A stretch of 32,000 bases of DNA from Promethearchaeota archaeon (GCA_030606485.1 JAUWGH010000001.1:90001-122000); one strand, 5' to 3'; shown: positions 17,422-28,220, counted from the first letter of the stretch. A program made the numbers and translations. The notes: generated from the sequence alone by a model not told the origin.

Positions 17422-18171
17422 TTACCATTGAGCTTGTGGAGAGAATTCAACATCCTTATCTTTATACTTGTTTTTTGCCATTGCCTTATATTTGGTATAT
17501 CTGATTTTTTTCAAATTAAAATTAATCAAATTCAGCATGTGAGTCAATCCCATTCCCGAATATTTTACTACGTAATAGAAACCCATTGAGAGCATCGACA
17601 ACACAACCAAAAAATCGAACATAAAAATTTCATAATAAATTATTATAAGGTAGGAAATTGCAAGCGCTATAATAAGTACAATCGTTTGTATGAGTGCATA
17701 TTTTCTAAACAATTTCAGGGATGTGAAAATATATTGTATATCGGCTCCGCTGGGACTTATCTGCGTAAGAATTGAAATTGCAACATAAATTAGGATTGCC
17801 GCGATTGTATAATTAACACCGGGGCTTGCGATATAATGAATAATAAATCCAATGATATAAGTTCCAACAAACAACGGTGCAAAACCGATTAACAACGCCT
17901 GTAGAAAACTTGGTTGCTGAACAGGCTTAATAAACGCTGTAAGACAGCCATCTTCATCCCTATCTGGGAGGATTCTCGCTTTCTCTACAGGTACGTGTGT
18001 TAAAAGACACATCAAGTAATGGCTTAATTCATGCACCACAATCCCGAGAAAGAAAAATGTCATAAAAATCTTTTGCGAAGTCGGGCTTCTCGAGAAAAAA
18101 GTTAGCACACAAGAGGCAATAAATGATAAAATCCAAATGCAGAGAAATATCCAAATATACTCGATTATCAT
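17422..18171 (-). CDS. Membrane zinc metalloprotease (M50-like/DUF3267-type, HExxH)
   Basis: GIVVHELSHYL, LIGFAPL and SPSGAD motifs with multiple hydrophobic TM segments. Confidence 0.75.
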   Translation of the reverse strand: MIIEYIWIFLCIWILSFIASCVLTFFSRSPTSQKIFMTFFFLGIVVHELSHYLMCLLTHVPVEKARILPDRDEDGCLTAFIKPVQQPSFLQALLIGFAPLFVGTYIIGFIIHYIASPGVNYTIAAILIYVAISILTQISPSGADIQYIFTSLKLFRKYALIQTIVLIIALAISYLIIIYYEIFMFDFLVVLSMLSMGFYYVVKYSGMGLTHMLNLINFNLKKIRYTKYKAMAKNKYKDKDVEFSPQAQW

Positions 18172-18288
18172 TGTTGATAATTCTATAAAATATTTCTATA
18201 TAAAGAAAAAATAATTTTTTCAAATTATTTTTCTTCTTGTTCAATCGAATTTTTTTATTTAAATATAAACAATTTATTTTATCTTAAA

Positions 18289-21200
18289 ATGTTGGAATCA
18301 GCAAGATCAACTAGCGATAATAGTGAGCAATTTAAAAAACCAGATAACGACGAGTCCCAGAAATATAGTGCTAATGATATACTTAATATCTGGAGGGATC
18401 GTCCAGCAAAGAGAGATATTAAATACTGGACAAATGCCATTAAAGTTCTATTCATCGGCTTTATTTGGGGTGCATTATTTTCAATATCATATTTTAGCAG
18501 TGGGCTACTAATAACTTCTTTTTTGTTTTCAAGCATAATGGTAATCTCCTTTATCATAGTCTCTTTTGGGAACATATTCTTTTTTTATGAGAAGGTGCGT
18601 TTTAGGGGAGGAAAAAGAATCGATTTATTTGAGGATTTAAATTTTAGAATTAGAGATAAGAATTCGGACACGCTTTTTATTTTCAATAGGAAGGGATACG
18701 GGACAACAGGCTTAAAAATATTTAAAATAGACATCATTCCTGAGACGGTTCATGGCAATGTAAAGCGATTTTTAAGGTCCTTAGATAGATTGGGAGTTCC
18801 ATATACTTATCAAATTATTCAAACTTCTAATATTCAATTGATTGAGAATTCTGCAGAATTATTCGATAAAGAAGAAAGAAAGAAGGCGAGATCTCAATTG
18901 TTAAATTCACAGAATTCTTTAATAACATCGTTATATTTATCAACATCATACTGGGGTAAGACTCTATATTTCTCAGCTACTTTAGATAATATTCAGAAGC
19001 AGTTAGATAGTTATTCAAAAGTGATATTTTCTTCTTTTACCTCGACTTTCCCGCATCATCACTTATCAGAATTAAAGGGTTTGGATTTAATTGACGCCCT
19101 TTACGCACTCTTTTTTAAGACTAAAGTAGCGCCAAAAAATAAACAAGAAAGTATTGAGGAATTGAAGAATAATAGACTCATGATTTCTATGATAGTTAGA
19201 AGTATTTATCTAATGATTTTTTCAGTTCTCAATGTATTCATTATTCAAAGTTTAGGCGTTCCTTTTAGTTATAATATTTTAATAACCCTAACCTGTAATT
19301 TTCTTATTATATACATCTTCTGGAAAGATTTACTTAGTCCCTTGGCAGATAAGTTCATTTTTAGAGATTTTTACAGACTCAATCTTTTTACGGATTTTAA
19401 ATTTTTTATGCGAACAGGAATTCCCGATACTTTATTTGTTTGGAATCAGAAATTGAATTTATTATTAGGCACCAAGATGCTTGCTGTAAAGCAAATTAGG
19501 TCGAATGGTTATAATGAACCTGACCAATTTTTTCGGGGAATTGCTCCCTTACAGTTATCATTTTCATATACAACGATTCAATCGCCCTTCTCTTGTCTAG
19601 ATCTTAAACATGGGTTTATGAAACATCTTAATGAACCTAATCAACGGTATCTAATTAAATATGCTGGAAATAAGGGTCGTTTAATAGATTGGCTTTCAAT
19701 GAGGGCAAGTATTTGGTGGTTTATGTTCTTTATTTCCGCGAATTCATACAAATTTACTTCTATCATCAATAATAATGTAATTGACAGTTTAGAAGAAGAA
19801 TTACAGGATAAGTTTGATGAGATTGATTTAGTTTTTCGGACATACTTTAGTAATTATCCACGTGTTGTATTAAAAGACCGTAAATTATTATCCGGACTAA
19901 AAGTGATTCTCTTAAAAAATAAGTTTTTCAGGCGAGAAGGGACATATTTGCCCTATACACTGATTCAAGGAGTAGTTCTATCTAACATTAATAAGATCAT
20001 GGATGAATTAAAGAAAAGTATAAAGACTCAAGTCGCTGCTGAATTTAACACGCCTTTAAATTTACAAAATCAAATCATCGTAGGAAATACGATTAATACC
20101 GAATTTTGTAGGGAAGAGATTTCATTTGGTTTTAAACTTGATCAAGTTAGAAACCTTCTCATAAGTGGAGGGAAAAATTCTCAAAGAGATAATGTCGCTA
20201 TGAATATTATCTCGGAATTAGTGAAAAATAATGTTCCTTCAATTATATTTGATTTCAAAGGAAATTACAGTAAAATAATTAATTCATTTTCAAAAACTCA
20301 ATTTAAAAACGACTTCCACTATTTCAAATTGGGACAATCTTTTCAAATTTCCTTATTAAAGTCAGATATAAAGAATGATATTGATAATACTAAATATTTA
20401 GATTATGTTTTTGAATGCCTTGGAATGGTGTTTAAATTAGATGATAAGGCACTTTTAGATTTAAAAAAGGAAGTTAAATCGCTAGATTTGGAAGTAAAGT
20501 CGCTAGAACTCGATGATGAATTAAAAAAGGCTTATGAGAAGAACCGTAAATTAGAACAATCAATGTCAAAGCTTACAGAATTTTTAGATCTGACTCGATC
20601 AACCATTAGTGCCTTGGGATTACCGGAAGGAACAATAACTTCAGAAGATTTTCTAAAAGATGGTAAAACGGTAATTATTGATTTGAGTTTATTAAGACCG
20701 CCTTATAATCTATTTGGGATGTTTGTAATTATTTCAAAAATAATTAGATATATTGAAGAATTTGAAGAATTCCAGCCAAAAATGTTGATTATGCCCAATA
20801 TTGAATATTTTTTTGATAAATATTATTTAGATAGGTGGATAAAATCTCCTATTATCGATTTATTTCTCGATCCATTAGCCGAAAAGGGGTTCGGGTTTTT
20901 ATTCTTGGTTAATGAAATAAATAAACTCCACCCAGCCGTTTATAATTATTTAGAAAATTTCATTGCACTAAAGACAGTCAATAGTTATGATTTTCAAGTA
21001 TTAAAGAATTTGTTTAATCTTCAGGAAATTCAAGGGCAGGGCTATTATACCAATAAGAGAAAAAACACTTATCAAATAGATTTCTTAAAGCAGTTAAGAG
21101 AAGATATGGCCATAGTAAAGCGAGATGATTACGACCAACCATTTCCTGTTAAATTTAGGTTAGATAAGATAAAGAATTTAACTCCTTTACAGTATGAAGA

Positions 21201-22170
21201 GCTCATCTCTTATATGAGACAATTCGGCTATGATTTCCAGAAAACTGAAAAACAAATAGAGCAGTCCCTCAAAAAAACCTTTTTTCAAAAAGATTTTGAA
21301 GGATATTATTATTTAATTGATGAGATAAAAAATTTTCTCCTAACTTTAAAAGTAACAGATACTATTGCCGGTATAGATGAGCATAAACTCAAAGGATCAC
21401 TCTTTAAATTTATACATAATAAATTAACTTCTAAAAACTATAAAAAAAAAGATATTATTAAGATAAGAAATGAATTATTTAATCTTCTTCTGAGTCATCG
21501 ATATATAATCGAAAGTCATCCCAGAACTGCAGGTAATACTGAAAGTCTCCGGACAAGTTATCGAGTTGGTCCTCAATATGATAAGGCATTGGGGGATGAA
21601 CCAAAATCTATGCAGCTATTTAATATGGATGTTAATATGGAGCCTATTGAACTTTACAATAATGATTTCGAGAGCGTTACGCCTAAAAAGAAAGAAGTCA
21701 AAAAGTATTGGAATCCTTCAGATAAGAGTCAAGAAAAAATAAATGAGTATGAAATTGAAATTAACAGTGAGCACTTAAATTCTAGGGAAAATATACCTTG
21801 GAAAAAATTAGTTGGTGGTTTTTTAATACCTGAAACGGCTCGAGTCGGTACAAAAATAAACAATAAGAATTATAGAGAAGCAATTCTTTCCGTTAAAACA
21901 ATAATTCCAGAATTCTTATATAAATTATATAATCGAGATTTTAAGATTAGGAGTAATAAGAATATTGCTATTGAGGATTTTGAAAAATCAATTGAATTTA
22001 TTATTAATTCCAAGATTATTCCATTTGATCGACAAGAATTAGAGAAAATTCTAAAAAAAATTAATGTCGAAAAGTATAAACCAAACGATTTAGAGAATAT
22101 CGCAAATGAAAATTACAAAATCCTTTATAATTTCTCAGCAAAAATTTTGATGGCTTTAACTGAAATATAA
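18289..22170 (+). CDS. Membrane-anchored HerA/FtsK/VirB4-like protein with degenerate ATPase motifs
   Basis: Two TM hairpins each followed by a repeated alpha/beta domain. NLLISGGKNSQRD...IIFDFKGNY marks a DUF87-like start with a broken Walker A. Also VIIDLSLL, GFGFLFLVN and a C-terminal wHTH-like region. Confidence 0.7.
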   Translation: MLESARSTSDNSEQFKKPDNDESQKYSANDILNIWRDRPAKRDIKYWTNAIKVLFIGFIWGALFSISYFSSGLLITSFLFSSIMVISFIIVSFGNIFFFYEKVRFRGGKRIDLFEDLNFRIRDKNSDTLFIFNRKGYGTTGLKIFKIDIIPETVHGNVKRFLRSLDRLGVPYTYQIIQTSNIQLIENSAELFDKEERKKARSQLLNSQNSLITSLYLSTSYWGKTLYFSATLDNIQKQLDSYSKVIFSSFTSTFPHHHLSELKGLDLIDALYALFFKTKVAPKNKQESIEELKNNRLMISMIVRSIYLMIFSVLNVFIIQSLGVPFSYNILITLTCNFLIIYIFWKDLLSPLADKFIFRDFYRLNLFTDFKFFMRTGIPDTLFVWNQKLNLLLGTKMLAVKQIRSNGYNEPDQFFRGIAPLQLSFSYTTIQSPFSCLDLKHGFMKHLNEPNQRYLIKYAGNKGRLIDWLSMRASIWWFMFFISANSYKFTSIINNNVIDSLEEELQDKFDEIDLVFRTYFSNYPRVVLKDRKLLSGLKVILLKNKFFRREGTYLPYTLIQGVVLSNINKIMDELKKSIKTQVAAEFNTPLNLQNQIIVGNTINTEFCREEISFGFKLDQVRNLLISGGKNSQRDNVAMNIISELVKNNVPSIIFDFKGNYSKIINSFSKTQFKNDFHYFKLGQSFQISLLKSDIKNDIDNTKYLDYVFECLGMVFKLDDKALLDLKKEVKSLDLEVKSLELDDELKKAYEKNRKLEQSMSKLTEFLDLTRSTISALGLPEGTITSEDFLKDGKTVIIDLSLLRPPYNLFGMFVIISKIIRYIEEFEEFQPKMLIMPNIEYFFDKYYLDRWIKSPIIDLFLDPLAEKGFGFLFLVNEINKLHPAVYNYLENFIALKTVNSYDFQVLKNLFNLQEIQGQGYYTNKRKNTYQIDFLKQLREDMAIVKRDDYDQPFPVKFRLDKIKNLTPLQYEELISYMRQFGYDFQKTEKQIEQSLKKTFFQKDFEGYYYLIDEIKNFLLTLKVTDTIAGIDEHKLKGSLFKFIHNKLTSKNYKKKDIIKIRNELFNLLLSHRYIIESHPRTAGNTESLRTSYRVGPQYDKALGDEPKSMQLFNMDVNMEPIELYNNDFESVTPKKKEVKKYWNPSDKSQEKINEYEIEINSEHLNSRENIPWKKLVGGFLIPETARVGTKINNKNYREAILSVKTIIPEFLYKLYNRDFKIRSNKNIAIEDFEKSIEFIINSKIIPFDRQELEKILKKINVEKYKPNDLENIANENYKILYNFSAKILMALTEI

Positions 22171-22457
22171 AATCTTTTTTATAATTTAATTATTAGATTA
22201 AGATTTAAGGGATTTTGTTATTTTCTAGAATTTAATATTATAGAATGATTACAAAAAAATGAGTAAATTCTAAACAATCTTAAACTTCTTTTTTATACAT
22301 TTTCTCAAAAAAAACCCGAAATAATAGTAATTATTTTTAAAATTATTGTTTTGCTCACATTTTAAAACTATTTACAATTTTAACTCCATGATTTCAATAA
22401 AATATTTTAAAAATCAAATATTTTTAATAATAGAATTGAAAAAAAATAGAAGAAGTT

Positions 22458-23291
22458 ATGCCATTCTTTCGAAATAAGGATTCTCTAAGCATTTATTTTG
22501 AGGATATCAATGACGATCCTAAGAATTTCCCCATTATATTTTTACACGGGCAAGCTTCTTCTGTTATTTTCTTCAAACATCAAATCTCATTTCTAAAGAA
22601 AAAAAAATACCGGTCAATTTGTATAGATCCCATAGGTTTAGGACGTAGTTTTAAGCCAATTAGCATAAATCTAAAGGGTCATTTAAGGGAAACTTATATA
22701 AGAGACATTGAGGATTTATTAAAACATTTAAAAATTAATAACAAATTTGGTATTTTGGCCCATTCTTTAGTTGGTGGCATGATAGCTCAACTTTTCACTA
22801 AAAAGCATCCTGATAAAGTTAAATTCTTAATTCTTTTGAACTCTGGAGACTTAATGATTGATAATGACATCCGAAGTTCATTTTGGAATGTTTTGCCTTA
22901 CAATGTCAGAATTAATTTCCTCCAGATTGTAGAAAATTCTCTTGATGACGTTTTAAACCGTACAATCCCATTTATAAAGCTAGCTTTTAAGGAGGATCCT
23001 GTTTATAAAGATTACACGGATCAAGAATTAGAGGAAATTATCGAAGAGGAAATATTTGATATGGTAAAAGAAGCAAAATCCTTTGATCCTTCTGATATTA
23101 AATGCCCTACATTGATCGTGAGTGGGATGTTAGATAATTACAGTCCTATGACTTTTTCTGAAAGATTAGCAGAAAAGATTCCTAATTCTGAATTGATTGC
23201 AGTAGAAATTGCTGGGCATCTTGCTCCATCACAAATCTATAAAGAGATAAATGGTCTTATTGGCAATTTTCTTAAAAAAATAGCCAAATAA
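22458..23291 (+). CDS. Alpha/beta hydrolase
   Basis: IFLHG oxyanion motif, IDPIGLGRS, AHSLVGG nucleophile elbow, PTLIVSGMLD acid residue and AGH catalytic His. Confidence 0.85.
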   Translation: MPFFRNKDSLSIYFEDINDDPKNFPIIFLHGQASSVIFFKHQISFLKKKKYRSICIDPIGLGRSFKPISINLKGHLRETYIRDIEDLLKHLKINNKFGILAHSLVGGMIAQLFTKKHPDKVKFLILLNSGDLMIDNDIRSSFWNVLPYNVRINFLQIVENSLDDVLNRTIPFIKLAFKEDPVYKDYTDQELEEIIEEEIFDMVKEAKSFDPSDIKCPTLIVSGMLDNYSPMTFSERLAEKIPNSELIAVEIAGHLAPSQIYKEINGLIGNFLKKIAK

Positions 23292-23325
23292 TAAATTTTT
23301 TTAAATATCATTTTTTGTGTTTATT

Positions 23326-23709
23326 ATGAATTTAGAAAAAAGCAGTATTATTTTTAATGATGGTCATCAAACAATTTCTTTTTTAAAAAAAGAGGTCGAA
23401 AAATTTGTAAAAGAAAGAAAATGGAATAAATATCATACTCTTAAGGAGCTAGCGCAAGCAATTTCCATTGAGAGTGCAGAATTATTAGAATTATTCCTTT
23501 TTAAAAACCTCGCTCTTGATGAAATATTGAATGATTCTGATCTTATCTCAAAGATCTCTGAGGAATTTGCTGATATCTTTATTTATCTTCTTAGTTTTGC
23601 AAATGTAATTAATTTAGATATCTCCTATGCTTTTCAAAAAAAAATAGAAAAAAATCGTAAAAAATATCCGCTAAGTGAGTTTTCTAATGGTACATATAAA
23701 AAGAAATGA
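23326..23709 (+). CDS. MazG-like nucleotide pyrophosphohydrolase (dCTPase-like)
   Basis: FVKERKWNKYHT, ISIESAELLELF, EEFADIFIYL and KKIEKNRKKYP motifs. Confidence 0.88.
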   Translation: MNLEKSSIIFNDGHQTISFLKKEVEKFVKERKWNKYHTLKELAQAISIESAELLELFLFKNLALDEILNDSDLISKISEEFADIFIYLLSFANVINLDISYAFQKKIEKNRKKYPLSEFSNGTYKKK

Positions 23710-23778
23710 CTTCTTTAAATATTTACCACTTGATTAATAATCTACCTTATAAGGCATAACAAATAAAATAAGAATGAA

Positions 23779-24747
23779 ATGATTGACGAAATATTAAATG
23801 AACAGATAAGATATACTCTTAAAAAAACTAATTTTCCAAATTTGGGTAAACTCTATAGAGGCAAAGTTAGAGATAACTACATTAAAGAAGAAAAAAGGAT
23901 TATTATAGCTACTGATAGGTTGTCTTCCTTTGACCGAGTTATCACCACTATTCCATTTAAGGGACAAATTTTAAATCAGCTCTCATCATTTTGGTTTGAA
24001 AAATCTAAAAATGTGGTAAAAAATCATTTGATTTCTGTTCCGGATCCTAATGTTTCAGTTGTTCATGAATGCAAGACAGTTCCAATAGAAATGGTGATTC
24101 GTGGTTATATTACTGGAAGCTTGTGGCGTGCTTATCAAAAAGAAGAAAAATTCTCTGGGATTGAATTTCCAAAGGGATTAAGAAAGAATCAAAAATTTGA
24201 TGAACCAATAATTACTCCCTCAACTAAAGCCACTCACGGTCATGATATCTATCTCTCTAAAAAAGAAATTTTAGATAAAAATTTGGTATCAAAATCCATT
24301 TATGAACAGATGGAAGAAGATACCATTAAATTATTTGAATTTGGGCAAAATTTTAGTAAAAAAAATAATCTAATATTAGTAGACACAAAGTATGAATTTG
24401 GATTAAAGGATGATGAGCTTTTAGTTATTGATGAGATTCATACACCTGATTCATCAAGATTTTGGATTGCTGAAACATACGAGGACTTATTTGGTAAATC
24501 TGAGGAACCTGAAATTCTTGATAAAGAATTTTTTAGAGGTTATCTTATGGAAACTTTTCCCGAAACGTTTCCTAATATTAAACCAGATGAAAATATCCCC
24601 GAAATTCCAAATGATATAAAAGTAAAGTTAGCAAAACGTTATATTAACAATTTCGAAAGAATAATTGGGGTGCAATTTAATCCTGATACTAAAAAGGATC
24701 CTATTGAACGAATTAAAAATAATTTAAAAAATGCTGGTTATTTATAA
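23779..24747 (+). CDS. purC: SAICAR synthetase (long form)
   Basis: GKVRDNY, TDRLSSFD, KGQILN, PIEMVIRGY, LVDTKYEFG and DEIHTPDSSRFW motifs. Confidence 0.95.
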   Translation: MIDEILNEQIRYTLKKTNFPNLGKLYRGKVRDNYIKEEKRIIIATDRLSSFDRVITTIPFKGQILNQLSSFWFEKSKNVVKNHLISVPDPNVSVVHECKTVPIEMVIRGYITGSLWRAYQKEEKFSGIEFPKGLRKNQKFDEPIITPSTKATHGHDIYLSKKEILDKNLVSKSIYEQMEEDTIKLFEFGQNFSKKNNLILVDTKYEFGLKDDELLVIDEIHTPDSSRFWIAETYEDLFGKSEEPEILDKEFFRGYLMETFPETFPNIKPDENIPEIPNDIKVKLAKRYINNFERIIGVQFNPDTKKDPIERIKNNLKNAGYL

Positions 24748-24977
24748 TTTTTAGATGAAAAAACCAATGAATTGATAAGAATTTTGATTGGGATCAAACT
24801 GGAGTTTCTTTTTCTATATTAAATCGTTTAAATGATTAAAGATTTTTGTCGGTATAAGATGCTCTTTAAAATCATTTTATTTTTCCTTTAATAAAAATTA
24901 ATAAAAATTAATAAAAGGCATTAAATATTTTGTTAATTATTAGAATCTTGAAGGATTACATAAAGGAATAGAATATT

Positions 24978-25241
24978 ATGGAATTTATCGTAGAAATTGT
25001 CTTAGAAAACAAACCGGCGGCACGAGATCCGGTAGGTTCCACTATTCAGAAAGATTTGATGGCTAAGCAAGGATATGATATGGTTTCAAATGTCAGAACA
25101 GGGCAATATTTAAGGATTTATGTAGACGCCGAAAATGAGCAATCAGCAGAAAAACTCGTGGAAAAAATGTGTAATGATCTTAGGATTTTTAATCCAGTGA
25201 CCCAAAATCTAACAGTTCTAAGTGTTAAAAAGAAAAATTAA
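24978..25241 (+). CDS. purS: FGAM synthetase subunit PurS
   Basis: ENKPAARDPVGSTI, VRTGQYL and LRIFNPV motifs; directly precedes purQ. Confidence 0.92.
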   Translation: MEFIVEIVLENKPAARDPVGSTIQKDLMAKQGYDMVSNVRTGQYLRIYVDAENEQSAEKLVEKMCNDLRIFNPVTQNLTVLSVKKKN

Positions 25242-25258
25242 AAAATATTTTTAAAAAA

Positions 25259-25969
25259 ATGAGTATAAGAATTGCTGTTATCCAATTCCCAGGGTCAAAT
25301 TGCGACCGTGATGCAACTCATGTATTAAACAATGTTATTGGCATCCAAGCGGATTTGATTTGGCACACTAATTTTAAAGAAAGAAAATATGATGGTTGTA
25401 TTCTTCCAGGTGGTTTTTCTTTCGGGGATTATTTACGTGGCGGAATTATTGCAGCTCATAGTCCTGCTATAAAGGAAGCTGAGATAATGCTTAAAGATGG
25501 ACGTCCTGTATTAGGGATTTGCAATGGTTTTCAAATTCTTACAGAAGCTGAATTTTTACCTGGTGCACTTTTAAGAAATGACACTTTAAAATTTGAATGT
25601 AGGTGGGTGCATTTAAGGGTTGAAAATAATGAAACAGCATTCACAAATCAAATGAATAAAGATGCTATAATCGATATTCCTATTGCTCATGCTGAGGGAA
25701 GATATTTTTATGATAACTTAAAAGAATTATATGATAATGATCAAATTGTTTTTAAATATGTTTCAAAAGAGGGGCTTCTTAATGAAGAATCAAATCCAAA
25801 CGGCTCATTCGATAATATTGCTGGAGTTTGCAATTTAGAACGAAACTGTGTTGGTTTAATGCCTCATCCTGAAAGAGCTTCAGAAGAAATCTTAAGCCCA
25901 TTTAAGAATACTCATGGGATAAAATTATTTAATTCAATGATTAATTTCATAAAATCCAGAAAATTTTGA
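25259..25969 (+). CDS. purQ: FGAM synthetase glutaminase subunit PurQ
   Basis: FPGSNCDRD, LPGGFSFGDYLRGG, LGICNGFQIL, PIAHAEG, NPNGS and GLMPHPER motifs. Confidence 0.96.
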   Translation: MSIRIAVIQFPGSNCDRDATHVLNNVIGIQADLIWHTNFKERKYDGCILPGGFSFGDYLRGGIIAAHSPAIKEAEIMLKDGRPVLGICNGFQILTEAEFLPGALLRNDTLKFECRWVHLRVENNETAFTNQMNKDAIIDIPIAHAEGRYFYDNLKELYDNDQIVFKYVSKEGLLNEESNPNGSFDNIAGVCNLERNCVGLMPHPERASEEILSPFKNTHGIKLFNSMINFIKSRKF

Positions 25970-25976
25970 TAATCAA

Positions 25977-28220
25977 ATGCCTATAGTTGGAAATGAAAGA
26001 GATACAGTCGAGGTTGCTTTAACAGAAAGGGAAATAGAAAAAATCAAATCACTTCTAGGAAGAGATCCTTATATTACGGAATGGGGAATGTTTGATGTAA
26101 TGGGAAGCGAGCATTGTTCTTATAAATCTTCTCGCCCTAAATTAAAGTTATTTGAACCTGCCGAAGAGAATTATGATTATGTTCTAGCGGGTCCCGGACA
26201 AGATGCAGGTGTTGTAGATATTGGAGATGATTATTGCATTGCATTTCGAATTGAGTCTCATAATCATCCTTCTGCAATAGAACCATATCATGGTGCAGCT
26301 ACGGGTATAGGGGGCATAATTAGAGATATTTTATGTATGGGTATGCGTCCAATAGCATTATTAGATCCCCTTCGATTTGGAAGATTAGAAAATAACTCTC
26401 ATTCTCAATGGCTACTAAAATATGTTGTAAAGGGAATTGCTGATTATGGAAATTGTACTGGAATTCCTACAATTGGTGGAGAAGTTGAATTTGATGATAG
26501 TTTTGAAAATAATTGCTTAGTTAATGTAGCATGCATTGGTGTTGGCAAAGTTGAAGATTTAGCTCCAAGTAGAGCATCGAAACCTGGAGATTATGCTGTA
26601 TTAATGGGAAATTCAACTGGGAGAGATGGTATTCATGGAGTTACTTTTGCTTCCAGAACTTTAACACAACAATCTGAATCAGATCGACCAGCGGTTCAAA
26701 TTGCTGATCCCTTTAGTAAAAAATTAATTATTGAGGCAACGGTTGAGGCAGTGAAGACTGGATATGTAAGAGGATTAAAAGATTTGGGAGGTGGGGGACT
26801 TTCTTGTGCCTCAAGTGAATTAACGGGAGATGGAGGTACTGGGATTGAATTTGATGTTAATAAAATTTTTACTCGCGAACCCAATATGACTCCATTTGAG
26901 ATAATGCTCTCAGAATCACAAGAAAGAATGATGTTTATAATAAAAGCTGAAGGCTTAGAAACTATTCTTGATATATTTAAAAAGTATGAGACCCCCCATG
27001 CCGTATTAGGAAGAATTGATAATTCAAAATTACTAAGAGTTAAAGATGCTGATAAAATAGTAGTTGAGCTAGATCCTACTCTATTATCAGACTTTCCGGT
27101 TATTATTAGAGAAGAGAAACGCCCAGATTTTCTGAATGATTTAATTAATCAGAAAACTCCTGAAAGAACATTAAAATTTGATGAGATAATATATCAACTA
27201 ATTGCGTCCGAAAATATTTGTAGCAAAGAATGGATTTATAGACAATATGATCATGAAGTAGGCGTAAGGTCAGTAGTAAAATGTGGAGATGGAGATTCGG
27301 GCGTATTAAGAATAATTGGAACAAATAAATATATATCTGCTAGCGCTGGGTGTAATTCTAAACATTGTTTTCTCGATCCGTATGAAGGAGCAAAAGGTGC
27401 AGTAGTCGAAATTGGATGTAACATTGTTTCTAATGGCTTAAAACCTATTGCAATGGTTAATTGCTGTAATTTTGGCAATCCTGAGAAGCCAACATCTTTT
27501 TGGTATTTCTCTGAATGTGTTAAAGGTATGGCAGATAGTATAAAATTTCTAAATATCCCTTGTGTTGGGGGAAATGTTTCTTTTTATAATGAGGATGAAG
27601 TTCTTCAAAAAGTAATCAAACCAACACCCATTATCATGCTGTTAGGGTATATTGAAGGTCAAGAAAATATAATCACATTACCTTTTAAGAAATCAGGTAA
27701 TCCAATCTTTTTAATTGGAGAAACAAAAAATGAATTAGGGGGTTCGGAATATCACTCAGTTATTTACAATATTGAAGGAGGTACTCCACCAAAAGTGAAT
27801 CTCGATTCCGCTAAAAGGACATGGGACTTTCTATTGGATGCCAATAAAAAAGGTTTTATTAAATCCGCTCATGATGTTAATAAGGGAGGATTTTTAATTA
27901 CTATTTTAGAAATGAGTTTTCCAAATGAATTGGGAGCTGATCTAAATCTTTATGATTGTTTTGATAAAGATTTAACTTCCGAGCAATTTTTATTTAGTGA
28001 GTCGGTTGGAAGATTCATAATAGAAGTAGACGCTGATAAAATAAAAGAATTTATAGCATTAATTAAAAAGTGTAAACTCTATTTTAAAGAAATCGGTGTT
28101 ATAATGGAAGAAAAGCAAATTATGATTAAAGGACTTGAAGAAAATTTTAATTTAGATATGATAATAGGTAAAAATTTATTCAATTCAACATTACCTAGAA
28201 TCATGGAAGGAGATATGTGA
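25977..28220 (+). CDS. purL: FGAM synthetase subunit PurL (small type)
   Basis: SEHCSYKSS, ESHNHPSAIEPYHGAATGIGG, GRDGIHG, KDLGGGG, LSESQERM, QYDHEVG and GGNVSFYN motifs. Confidence 0.96.
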   Translation: MPIVGNERDTVEVALTEREIEKIKSLLGRDPYITEWGMFDVMGSEHCSYKSSRPKLKLFEPAEENYDYVLAGPGQDAGVVDIGDDYCIAFRIESHNHPSAIEPYHGAATGIGGIIRDILCMGMRPIALLDPLRFGRLENNSHSQWLLKYVVKGIADYGNCTGIPTIGGEVEFDDSFENNCLVNVACIGVGKVEDLAPSRASKPGDYAVLMGNSTGRDGIHGVTFASRTLTQQSESDRPAVQIADPFSKKLIIEATVEAVKTGYVRGLKDLGGGGLSCASSELTGDGGTGIEFDVNKIFTREPNMTPFEIMLSESQERMMFIIKAEGLETILDIFKKYETPHAVLGRIDNSKLLRVKDADKIVVELDPTLLSDFPVIIREEKRPDFLNDLINQKTPERTLKFDEIIYQLIASENICSKEWIYRQYDHEVGVRSVVKCGDGDSGVLRIIGTNKYISASAGCNSKHCFLDPYEGAKGAVVEIGCNIVSNGLKPIAMVNCCNFGNPEKPTSFWYFSECVKGMADSIKFLNIPCVGGNVSFYNEDEVLQKVIKPTPIIMLLGYIEGQENIITLPFKKSGNPIFLIGETKNELGGSEYHSVIYNIEGGTPPKVNLDSAKRTWDFLLDANKKGFIKSAHDVNKGGFLITILEMSFPNELGADLNLYDCFDKDLTSEQFLFSESVGRFIIEVDADKIKEFIALIKKCKLYFKEIGVIMEEKQIMIKGLEENFNLDMIIGKNLFNSTLPRIMEGDM

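Noticed and set aside
17298-17504. 68-aa plus-strand ORF as an intact gene
   Set aside because: It overlaps the 3' end of the protease gene on the opposite strand and has no motif; at most a remnant.
20470-20512. Imperfect 21-nt tandem duplication encoding EVKSLDL/EVKSLEL
   Set aside because: An in-frame micro-duplication within a helical linker with no sign of a separate function.
24888-24916. Tandem TTAATAAAAA-type repeat upstream of purS
   Set aside because: Low-complexity AT sequence of under three copies; it cannot be distinguished from slippage.
761-27478. Short shadow ORFs from the track (761-1006, 3778-4020, 6042-6365, 9058-9258, 11586-11825, 18029-18244, 18279-18575, 18323-18511, 24428-24619, 26696-26884, 27251-27478)
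   Set aside because: They lie antisense or out of frame within longer, motif-bearing genes and show no recognisable motifs.
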